From: Coleofasciculus sp. E2-BRE-01
GTDB lineage: Bacteria > Cyanobacteriota > Cyanobacteriia > Cyanobacteriales > Coleofasciculaceae
Assembly: GCA_040221695.1 (NCBI GenBank)
Contig: JAVKEA010000190.1
Direction: 5' to 3' (one strand)
DNA: 24,000 nt
The notes below the pieces were generated by a model. It made no database searches. It saw only the letters and a program-made list of their open reading frames with translations, and was not told the DNA's origin. The translations under genes and the position numbers were made by a program. How positions within the stretch are numbered: the first letter of the stretch is position 1; each line of letters begins with the position of its first letter. Below, one piece after another: positions 9,198 through 16,507 of the stretch.

Positions 9198-9600
9198 ATG
9201 GATTACCTCGTTGACCCTGGGGTTACCTATCCTAAACTTAATCCCCAGGCAAACTTACGTTTGTTTTGTTTTCCCTACGCCGGAGGTGCTGCTCGGATAT
9301 TTCGGACGTGGAGTGATAGCTGTGCTAGAGAATGCCGAACTGATGCAGTTTATTCTGCCTATCCTGCGATCGGATTTTGCGGTACTTGAAACCTATGTTT
9401 ACACCCCTAAGTCACCCCTGAATTGTCCGATTTCCGCGTTTGGGGGTTCGGATGATCCAGAAGCGACTTGGGATGATTTGGAAGGATGGCGGATTCAGGC
9501 TAGGGCTGCATTCTCATTGCGTATGTTGCCTGGAGATCACTTCTTTTTGCATTCAGCCGAGAGGTTGCTGTTGCCAATTCTTGCCGAGAATTGTCATTGA
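9198..9600 (+). pseudogene. Type II thioesterase remnant with an internal, frame-shifting deletion of the catalytic core
   Basis: The frame starting at 9198 gives a TEII N-terminus, LRLFCFPYAGGAARIFRTWSD. From about 9317 the next frame gives a TEII C-terminus, VLENAELMQFILPILRSDFAVLETYVY...CPISAFGGSDDP...LPGDHFFL. The roughly 110 aa that normally carry the GxSxG serine are absent, and the two halves are out of frame. Confidence 0.7.
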
Positions 9601-9618
9601 CAAAGCGTGCGATCGCCT

Positions 9619-10020
9619 TTACTGTCTCTGAGCAGCGATCGCTAATTTGGTTCCCTCAATTTGACGCAACCGATCCATCACACTCACCACCCGACCATGA
9701 TCAACTTTTTCATCAGCATTGACAATGACAAGGGATTCACTATTCGGCACAACTAAAGCGCGAACGGCTTCTTCAAGCGCCTCTAATTCAATCGGCTGGC
9801 GATTCAGGGCAATTTTTCCATCGGGCTGAATCGTAACCGTAATTTCAGTACTCGGCTGATTTTGGGCAGTTGTAGCATTCGGTAAATTCACCGACAACCC
9901 TTCTGAACGGGTCAAGTATAGCGTCGAAATAATGAAAAATGCCAAAATCGAGAAAATCACATCGATCATCGGCACGATGTTAATTTCTCCTGGCTTCTCT
10001 GACTCATCGGGAAGCCGCAT
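9619..10020 (-). CDS. exbD: ExbD/TolR-family biopolymer transport protein
   Basis: MRLPDESEKPGEINIVPMIDVIFSILAFFIIST, followed by a periplasmic domain. The ATG at 10020 is preferred over 10041 because AAGGAG lies 8 nt upstream of it. Either start overlaps the end of exbB. Confidence 0.85.
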   Translation of the reverse strand: MRLPDESEKPGEINIVPMIDVIFSILAFFIISTLYLTRSEGLSVNLPNATTAQNQPSTEITVTIQPDGKIALNRQPIELEALEEAVRALVVPNSESLVIVNADEKVDHGRVVSVMDRLRQIEGTKLAIAAQRQ

Positions 10021-10654
10021 AAACCTCTCTCCTTTGCTCATATTGACGACGATAAAGCAGTTCTAACTGACCGCCATATTCCTGAATCAACGCCAGTTGT
10101 CGCTGATAAAAGCTCCGGAAAATATTGGAGAAAAAGAGGGTGAAAATTGCCACAACCAACCCCATGACGGTTGAAACCAAAGCTTCGGAAATTCCCCCCG
10201 TGACTCCCGTCGTGCGGGTTCCGCCAACATCACCAATATTCAGGGAAGAAAACGCTGTTATCAAGCCCAAAATCGTTCCCAAAAGACCGAGGAGAGGAGA
10301 AATACCAACAATCGTATCAAACACGGTATTAAATCGCTTCAACGTTGGCAATTCTGCCTGAGCTGCACTCTCTAAAGCCAGACGGAATTCCTCCGGGTTG
10401 GGGTTGTCAAGCTCTAACGCTTCGAGAAAAATCTTGGCAATCGGCAAATCAGCATTCTGCTGTAGATAGTTGATCGCCACGTCTGGCTTTTCTCGGTAAA
10501 GCTTCAGAACGTCTCTCACAACTCGGCGTTGCCGACGAGTGACCCGAAACCAAAAAAACAATCGCTCTACAATCAGGGTGACTGCCGCCAGGGAAAATAG
10601 GAGTAGGGGCCAAGCGACGATTCCGCCTGACTGGAAAAATGGAATAATGGGCAT
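10004..10654 (-). CDS. exbB: ExbB (MotA/TolQ/ExbB proton-channel family)
   Basis: 216 aa with three TM segments. Contains the conserved LLGLLGTILGLI and GGISEALVSTVMGLVVAI regions. Confidence 0.9.
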   Translation of the reverse strand: MPIIPFFQSGGIVAWPLLLFSLAAVTLIVERLFFWFRVTRRQRRVVRDVLKLYREKPDVAINYLQQNADLPIAKIFLEALELDNPNPEEFRLALESAAQAELPTLKRFNTVFDTIVGISPLLGLLGTILGLITAFSSLNIGDVGGTRTTGVTGGISEALVSTVMGLVVAIFTLFFSNIFRSFYQRQLALIQEYGGQLELLYRRQYEQRREVYAASR

Positions 10655-10720
10655 AGCCTCTCTTGCAATTGTGATTCAACAAGCTCAGCCAGCTTTCCGG
10701 CGTACCGTGAGAGTACAAGC

Positions 10721-10735
10721 TGATAATTATTTTCA
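10721..10735. promoter_or_regulatory. Candidate Fur box in the exbB/tonB divergent intergenic region
   Basis: TGATAAT-T-ATTTTCA differs at one position from the 7-1-7 palindrome TGATAATnATTATCA. It lies 67 nt upstream of the exbB start codon. A weaker GAAAATAACTATCAAAA is at 10941-10957. Confidence 0.45.
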
Positions 10736-11102
10736 ATAGATGTATTCCTAAATCGGTTTCCTTGTCAAGGTGTTGAGCGAAATATTTTTCGTTACTCAAG
10801 AGTCTGCTAGGACGTTTAGCGATCGCTTATCCAGCCAAAACCACGGATAATCGGGCGTTTAGCGACTCTTGGGGGGACTAAGTTCGGAACTCTTCCTACT
10901 TGACAGGAATAGTGAATTGGTGTAGTTAAGCCAATTTGTTGAAAATAACTATCAAAACAATTTTGTGGATATTCGTGACTAGGTTTGTCATGTTATACTT
11001 GCCAAGTTCATTTATTGTTTCACCGTTAATGCAACTTATATGCAATAATCTGGAGTGGTTGAGACGATAGGCGCTTGAGTAATCAGGAAAGGTGCGTAGC
11101 GT

Positions 11103-12863
11103 ATGAGCATATCGAGCTTCTGTATAGAGCAGCACAAAAAAGAACAAGAGGCTCTCAAAAAGTTTCTCATCTACAGCTTTGCTGGGAGTGCGGTGCTGCA
11201 TATAGTGCTAGCCCTTGGCATAAGCTGGGCTTGGGAAACAAGACCAGAACTTGCCGAAGACCCCATTGAAATCATACTTGTGGAGGAACCTGAAGTACCT
11301 AAACCAGAAGAACAACCTCTAAAAGAGACTCCAAAGCCAAAAGCAAAGACAGTTGAAACCCTAACTCCACCGCAACCGACCAAAACGCAGATACCAGAGC
11401 CAATTAAACCGCAGCAACGGGCTGACGCTTTACCTCAAAAACCCGTCCAGCAACCCGTACCTGCTCTACCAGCAACACCTCAAAAACCCGTAACGCCACC
11501 TGCACCCACCTCAGTAGAGCCACCCACTGAACCGACAAGGGAACGCAGCCCCGTTGTTACACCTCCCTCAGAACCCGTTCGTGAACCCTCAGAACCTGCT
11601 CTATCACCACCTGAACCCGTAGCCATTAATAATTCAGCACCGCCACGCCCAGAAAACAATTCCCAACCACTTCAGACTGACTCAGACGTAGGAAAACTTA
11701 GAGAACGCTTAAGCGAACCAACGACGACACAATCAACAGCACCACCCAATGATGACGCCTCTGAAGCCAACCCCACATCCCCAGGTGCAGTGGCAACCAA
11801 TCCCTCTGCACCCCCACGACCCAGAGGAGTTTCTGGAATACTTTCTGATGCGTCAAAGATTACCGAAAACATCAGAGATCGCTTAGGCGGTAGCTTTTCA
11901 GAATCGACAGGTTCTCCAAGTGCCGAAGACTCAATGGCTGACCCTGGCTTGCCAGGAGCAGTGGCGACCAATCCCTCAGCCCCTACACGACCCAGCGGTA
12001 CTTCCCAACCGCTTTCAGGTTCTTCTTCGGGTTCCCAACCATTCAGAGAAAGCTTGGGCGGTGGCAGTTCTGGCGAACGAGCTTCATCAAGTGAGGGCGA
12101 CTCAATAGCTAATCCTGGCTTGCCAGGAGCAGTGGCGACCAATACCTCAGCTCCTACGCGACCAAAACCAGGGGGTAACGCAGGGGGGGATCGAACTGAA
12201 GATGGAGGCGGGGGATTGCGTTGTATTAGGGGGTGCAATCCCGATTATCCATCCTCTTTGGAAGGTGAGGAAGGGAGAGTCCCTGTCAATGTTGAGCTGG
12301 ATAGAAACGGTAATGTAGTGAATGCGCGAGCGAGTGGAGGTACTCGCAGTAGACAATTTGTGCAAGAAGCGGAGGCAGCCACCAGGAGGATGAAGTTTAC
12401 AAAACCTGAAGGTAGAGACCGTGTTACCGTCACAGTAAATATTAACTTTACACAACCAGGCTCTGAGTTTGATCGCCAAGCTCGCGAACGTCGAGAACAG
12501 AATGAGCGCGAACGCCAGCAGAGAGAACAGGAGCGTCAGGCGCAGCTCGAACAGGAACGCCAAGAACGGGAACGTCAGGCGCAGCTTGAACAGGAACGCA
12601 AAGAACAAGAACGCCAAGAGCAACTCGAACGCGAACGTCAAGAACAGCTCGAACGCGAACGTCAAGAACAAGAACGTCAAGAACAACTTGAACGCGAACG
12701 CCAAGAACAAGAACGTCAAGAACAACTTGAACGCGAACGCCAAGAACAAGAACGTCAAGAACAACTTGAACGCGAACGCCAAGAACAAGAACGTCAAGAA
12801 CAACTCGAACGCGAACGCCAAGAACAGGTGGAAGAAGTACCCCCTCCCGAACCTACAGAGTAA
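11103..12863 (+). CDS. tonB: TonB-family energy transducer with atypical repeat block and C-terminal charged tail
   Basis: 586 aa. N-terminal anchor FLIYSFAGSAVLHIVLALGISWAW contains the SxxxH motif. A Pro/Glu/Lys-rich spacer follows, then 3 repeats of about 57 aa. TonB C-terminal domain: DYPSSLEGEEGRVPVNVELDRNGNVVNARASGG...RRMKFTKP...VTVTVNINF. About 130 aa of E/R/Q-rich sequence then follow that domain. Confidence 0.85.
   Translation: MSISSFCIEQHKKEQEALKKFLIYSFAGSAVLHIVLALGISWAWETRPELAEDPIEIILVEEPEVPKPEEQPLKETPKPKAKTVETLTPPQPTKTQIPEPIKPQQRADALPQKPVQQPVPALPATPQKPVTPPAPTSVEPPTEPTRERSPVVTPPSEPVREPSEPALSPPEPVAINNSAPPRPENNSQPLQTDSDVGKLRERLSEPTTTQSTAPPNDDASEANPTSPGAVATNPSAPPRPRGVSGILSDASKITENIRDRLGGSFSESTGSPSAEDSMADPGLPGAVATNPSAPTRPSGTSQPLSGSSSGSQPFRESLGGGSSGERASSSEGDSIANPGLPGAVATNTSAPTRPKPGGNAGGDRTEDGGGGLRCIRGCNPDYPSSLEGEEGRVPVNVELDRNGNVVNARASGGTRSRQFVQEAEAATRRMKFTKPEGRDRVTVTVNINFTQPGSEFDRQARERREQNERERQQREQERQAQLEQERQERERQAQLEQERKEQERQEQLERERQEQLERERQEQERQEQLERERQEQERQEQLERERQEQERQEQLERERQEQERQEQLERERQEQVEEVPPPEPTE
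11766..12165 (+). repeat. In-frame 171-bp (57-aa) repeats inside tonB, two full copies plus one partial
   Basis: Copies start at 11766, 11937 and 12108. Each opens with A(N/D)P(T/G)(S/L)PGAVATN(P/T)SAP(P/T)RP and ends with S-rich ...LGG.S....S.E(D/G)DS(M/I). Confidence 0.7.
12651..12827 (+). repeat. Near-perfect 39-bp tandem repeat inside tonB, 4 full copies plus a partial
   Basis: Unit gaacgcgaacgYcaagaacaagaacgtcaagaacaactY encodes ERERQEQERQEQL. Copies start at 12651, 12690, 12729, 12768 and 12807. More degenerate E/R/Q copies extend back to about 12469. Confidence 0.9.
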
Positions 12864-12953
12864 GACTGTAACCCAATGCCAGATGCAATCTCTAAAAATA
12901 ACTCAACAATTAGCCCCATCTATTTCAATTTCAATAAAGGAGGTATTTGTCTA

Positions 12954-14015
12954 ATGCTTCGTACAATCGGACGATTCGGAATAACGTTACTTATTGCCTC
13001 AAGCGTAGATATTGCCAGCCATGTTATCAATCCCTCGATCGCAGTAGCAGGTGTTGTAACCTTACCCGATGGGGGTCGCTGTGAAGGGGCAATGAGCAAC
13101 GGTAACCTCAACGGTGAAGTCGTCTGTGAATACGCGAATGGCGATCGCTATGAAGGAAACTTTGTCGATGGTAACAAGAAAGGTCAAGGCACCTACACCT
13201 TTGCTGATGGCGGTCGTTATGAAGGTGAGTTTAGCAACGACCAACCCAATGGCAAAGGTGTTCGGGTGTACGAAAATGGCGATCGCTACGAAGGGGAGTT
13301 TAAGGACGGTCAGCCTAACGGTACGGGAACCTACATTAGCGCCGATGGCGGTCGCTATGAGGGACAGTTTACGGATGGCAATCCCAGCGGTACAGGAGCC
13401 TTTATTTTAGCCAATGGCGATCGCTGTGAAGGCGAAATTCAAGACGCTAACCTCAATGGTATGGGGGTGTGCGACTATGCTAATGGCGATCGCTATGAAG
13501 GTGAACTGAGTGATGGTAAGGCGAACGGTCAAGGAGTCTACACCTTCTCTGAGGGGGGGCGCTACGAAGGAACGTTTAGCAATGGTCAGTTCAGTGGCAA
13601 AGGGGTTCGGGACTATCCCAATGGCAATCGCTACGAAGGGGAATTTAGTAATGGCAAACCCGAGGGTCAAGGCGTGTACGTCTTCGCTAATGGAAACCGC
13701 TACGAAGGTCAATTCAGTAACGGTAAATTTAACGGCGAAGGTGTTTTCACCGACGCCAATGGTAATCGTTACGAAGGACAGTTTAGTAACGGTAAGTTCA
13801 ACGGCACTGGAATTTATACGTTTGCTAATGGCGATCGCTGCGAAGGACAGTTCAGTGAGGGTCAGTTAAACGGCAAAGCTGTCTGTAACTATGCCAGTGG
13901 GGATAGCTTTGAAGGAGAATTCCTCAATGGACAAAGGCAGGGAGAAGGTGTCTATATTTTCGCTGACGGAACCCGTGTGGAGGGAAATTGGGAAAATGGG
14001 GAGATTCAAAATTAG
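12954..14015 (+). CDS. Secreted MORN-repeat protein (14 x 23-aa repeats)
   Basis: The ATG at 12954 is preceded by AAGGAGG, and the track start at 12876 adds 26 implausible residues. Signal-like N-terminus MLRTIGRFGITLLIASSVDIASHVINPSIAVAG. Then 14 repeats of G(D/G/N)RYEG.F..G...G.G.Y.F. Confidence 0.8.
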   Translation: MLRTIGRFGITLLIASSVDIASHVINPSIAVAGVVTLPDGGRCEGAMSNGNLNGEVVCEYANGDRYEGNFVDGNKKGQGTYTFADGGRYEGEFSNDQPNGKGVRVYENGDRYEGEFKDGQPNGTGTYISADGGRYEGQFTDGNPSGTGAFILANGDRCEGEIQDANLNGMGVCDYANGDRYEGELSDGKANGQGVYTFSEGGRYEGTFSNGQFSGKGVRDYPNGNRYEGEFSNGKPEGQGVYVFANGNRYEGQFSNGKFNGEGVFTDANGNRYEGQFSNGKFNGTGIYTFANGDRCEGQFSEGQLNGKAVCNYASGDSFEGEFLNGQRQGEGVYIFADGTRVEGNWENGEIQN

Positions 14016-14096
14016 TTGGGGAATGGGGCTTTGGACATTGGCAGTGCTACAACCTTTCTAGTGGCGATTGGAATAGTTGATTGAGGGCAGAAGCGA

Positions 14097-15131
14097 TTGG
14101 TAAGCAAGAGTGCTACGGCAAGAGAAACGAGTAGGGGGCGATCGCGCCTTTTACTCCCCGTGGGTTTGTCTCTGAGTCTGTTGATTCTGCTCGTCAGCTT
14201 GGTGGCAAGCATTACCTATGGTGCCGCCGATATTTCCTTCGATACTGTCTATGCCGCTTTAACCAACTTTGATGGCTCTACCGATCACCTGATTATCCGC
14301 ACAGTCAGATTGCCGCGATCGCTGATTGCCATGCTAGTGGGTGCTGCCCTTGGGGTGGCAGGTGCCCTGATGCAGGGATTAACTCGCAACCCTTTAGCTT
14401 CGCCGGGAATCCTGGGAGTTAATGCGGGTGCGGCAATGGCAGTCGTCATCGCTGTTTTCCTCTTCGGCTCATCTTCCCTGAGTGTCTATGCTTGGTGTGC
14501 CTTTGGGGGGGCAGGTGTTACGGCAATCACCGTCTATTTGCTCGGATCTCTGGGTCGAGGGGGACTGACTCCACTCAACCTGACGATTGCGGGTGCGGCA
14601 TTGACTGCCTTACTGTCCTCACTCACCACTGCCATCCTCATCCTTAGCCAACAAACCCTGGATGAAATCCGCTTCTGGTTAGCTGGATCGGTGGCGGGTC
14701 GGGATTTCACGTTGTTCTTACAAGTGCTGCCTTACATCGGCATTGGATTAGCGATCGCGTTTGCCTTAGGGAAACAAATGACCACCCTAACTCTTGGTGA
14801 CGATGTGGCTAAAAGCTTGGGTCAACAAACCCTATGGGTGAAACTAACCGCCGCCGTGAGTGTGGTTTTGCTGGCAGGGAGCGCTGTCGCGGCAGCTGGT
14901 CCGATTGGATTTATTGGTCTGGTTGTTCCCCACATTGTCCGCTTTTTAGTGGGCGTTGATTATCGCTGGATTCTGCCTTATTCTGCCATTTTTGGTGCCA
15001 TCCTACTCCTGGTCGCTGATATCACTGCCAGGGTGTTGATTAGTCCTCAAGAACTGCCCGTGGGAGTCATGACTGCTCTAGTGGGCGCTCCGTTCTTCAT
15101 TTATCTGGCGCGGTTCAAGGTGAAACGGTGA
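14097..15131 (+). CDS. FecCD-family iron-siderophore ABC transporter permease
   Basis: 344 aa and polytopic. Motifs [43 protein letters not shown] and [15 protein letters not shown]. Confidence 0.9.
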   Translation: MVSKSATARETSRGRSRLLLPVGLSLSLLILLVSLVASITYGAADISFDTVYAALTNFDGSTDHLIIRTVRLPRSLIAMLVGAALGVAGALMQGLTRNPLASPGILGVNAGAAMAVVIAVFLFGSSSLSVYAWCAFGGAGVTAITVYLLGSLGRGGLTPLNLTIAGAALTALLSSLTTAILILSQQTLDEIRFWLAGSVAGRDFTLFLQVLPYIGIGLAIAFALGKQMTTLTLGDDVAKSLGQQTLWVKLTAAVSVVLLAGSAVAAAGPIGFIGLVVPHIVRFLVGVDYRWILPYSAIFGAILLLVADITARVLISPQELPVGVMTALVGAPFFIYLARFKVKR

Positions 15132-16174
15132 GAAAAAACTGGCTAGTTATTCGTCCTCGACTGTTGCCTATATCGTTCCGTATAGAACGGCGCGTACCAA
15201 CCGTACTACTCGTATTGGTTTTGGTGACTCTCGCGGCGATCGTGATCAATGTGGGGCAAGGGGAATATCCCATTCCACCATTGGCTGTTTTAAAAACGAT
15301 TGTGGGGTTGCCGACGGCTAACCCCGACTATGCCTTTATTGTGAATGTGCTGCGGTTGCCCAGAACGTTAGTCGCCTTTGGGGTAGGAGTAGGATTAGCC
15401 ATCTCTGGGACGATTCTGCAAGGACTGACACGCAATCCCTTAGCCGATCCCGGCATCATTGGCGTGAATGCGGGTGCGAGTTTAGCGGCTGTCAGTTTAA
15501 TCATTTTATTTCCAGATGTGCCGCTGTTTGCCCTACCTTTGTCTGCCTTTGCTGGAGCGTTGGTTGTTGCCATCTTTATCTACCTTCTGGCTTGGGATCA
15601 GGGCAGTTCTCCCATCCGGTTAATTCTCGTCGGTGTCGGGATAGCCGCTATCCTAGGGGCTTTGACGAATTTAATGGTCACATTGGGGGAAATTAATAGT
15701 GTCAGTCAGGCATTGGTTTGGCTGGCGGGAAGTGTCTACGGACGGGGTTGGCAGCATGTCGGGGCATTATTCCCTTGGCTGGCGGTGTTTGTACCCCTGT
15801 CGTTGGCGCTTTCGATGCCACTGAATGCCCTCTCACTGGGAGATGACCTTGCCAGAGGACTGGGGGCGAGAGTGGAGTGGCAGCGGGGTTTGTTATTGCT
15901 CATGAGTGCGGCAATGGCGGGTGCGGCTGTGGCTGTGGCGGGTACGGTTGGCTTTGTGGGATTGATGGCACCGCACTTGGGGCGTCAGTTGGTTGGACCC
16001 AATCACGAAGGGTTAATGCCAACAGCAGCGCTGATGGGTGGACTAATTATTGTGCTGGCTGATTGGTTGGCACGGGTACTCTTTGCACCCATCGAGTTGC
16101 CCTGTGGTGCGATTACCGCCGCTGTCGGTGCCCCTTATTTTCTCTATCTGCTGGTTCGCAACCGCAAGCGATGA
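15128..16174 (+). CDS. FecCD-family iron-siderophore ABC transporter permease (second subunit)
   Basis: 348 aa. Its GTG start overlaps the upstream stop (GTGA). Motifs [43 protein letters not shown] and [15 protein letters not shown]. Confidence 0.9.
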   Translation: MRKNWLVIRPRLLPISFRIERRVPTVLLVLVLVTLAAIVINVGQGEYPIPPLAVLKTIVGLPTANPDYAFIVNVLRLPRTLVAFGVGVGLAISGTILQGLTRNPLADPGIIGVNAGASLAAVSLIILFPDVPLFALPLSAFAGALVVAIFIYLLAWDQGSSPIRLILVGVGIAAILGALTNLMVTLGEINSVSQALVWLAGSVYGRGWQHVGALFPWLAVFVPLSLALSMPLNALSLGDDLARGLGARVEWQRGLLLLMSAAMAGAAVAVAGTVGFVGLMAPHLGRQLVGPNHEGLMPTAALMGGLIIVLADWLARVLFAPIELPCGAITAAVGAPYFLYLLVRNRKR

Positions 16175-16213
16175 CCCTATCTAATTTAGGGGTTGCTGAA
16201 TAAGTGTTGTGGT

Positions 16214-16320
16214 GAGGGGGAGCGGGGGAAGCTGGGGAAGCTGGGGGAGCTGGGGGAGCTGGGGAAGCTGGGGAAGCTGGGGAAGCTGGGGAAGCTGGGG
16301 AAGCTGGGGAAGCTGGGGGA
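16214..16320 (+). repeat. Nonamer tandem array (AGCTGGGGA/G), about 11 copies
   Basis: Units are phased from 16221 to 16319. The array lies in the spacer between the second permease gene and the ATPase gene. The G-rich strand is the sense strand. Confidence 0.9.
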
Positions 16321-16379
16321 GGTGAACTCAAAACTCTACCTTACCTATTGCCCATGAAACACCGAGCGAAGCCGAGGTG

Positions 16380-16470
16380 TTGCCCATTGCCTATTGCCCA
16401 TTACCCATTACCCATTGCCCATTGCCTATTGCCCATTGCCTATTGCCTATTGCCTATTCCCTGTTCCCTT
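16380..16470 (+). repeat. Heptamer tandem array (TTGCCCA/TTGCCTA/TTACCCA), about 13 copies; STRR-type
   Basis: Direct reading shows 13 consecutive 7-nt units, ending 38 nt before the ATPase start codon. Confidence 0.9.
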
Positions 16471-16507
16471 TCCTAACCAAAATGTCCTGCTTTAGACGGA
16501 TAACCAA

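Noticed and set aside
10926-11269. ORFs 10926-11201 (-) and 11075-11269 (+) around the tonB start
   Set aside because: They lie in the divergent promoter region or out of frame with tonB, and have no motifs.
12876-12953. Track start at 12876 for the MORN protein
   Set aside because: The first 26 residues (MPDAISKNNSTISPIYFNFNKGGICL) contain the AAGGAGG that serves the ATG at 12954, and the signal-like sequence begins at that second Met.
12147-12954. Track ORFs 12147-12821 (-) and 12469-12954 (+), with low-complexity FLTFLFLAFAF and KNKNVKNN translations
   Set aside because: These are alternative-frame and antisense readings of the 39-bp tonB repeat. The in-frame tonB reading is continuous with a bona fide TonB C-terminal domain.
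13062-13869. Four ORFs overlapping the MORN gene (13062-13244 -, 13114-13410 +, 13407-13712 -, 13510-13869 +)
   Set aside because: These stay open because of the periodic MORN coding repeat. None has motifs or start signals.
16113-16331. Minus-strand ORF encoding PASPASPASPASP...
   Set aside because: It is the antisense reading of the nonamer array and overlaps the end of the permease gene.
16214-16470. Possibility that the regularly spaced arrays here, and at 20845-21085, are CRISPR arrays
   Set aside because: The units are 7-9 nt and directly abutting with no unique spacers, whereas CRISPR repeats are several-fold longer and alternate with unique spacers. No cas genes are nearby.
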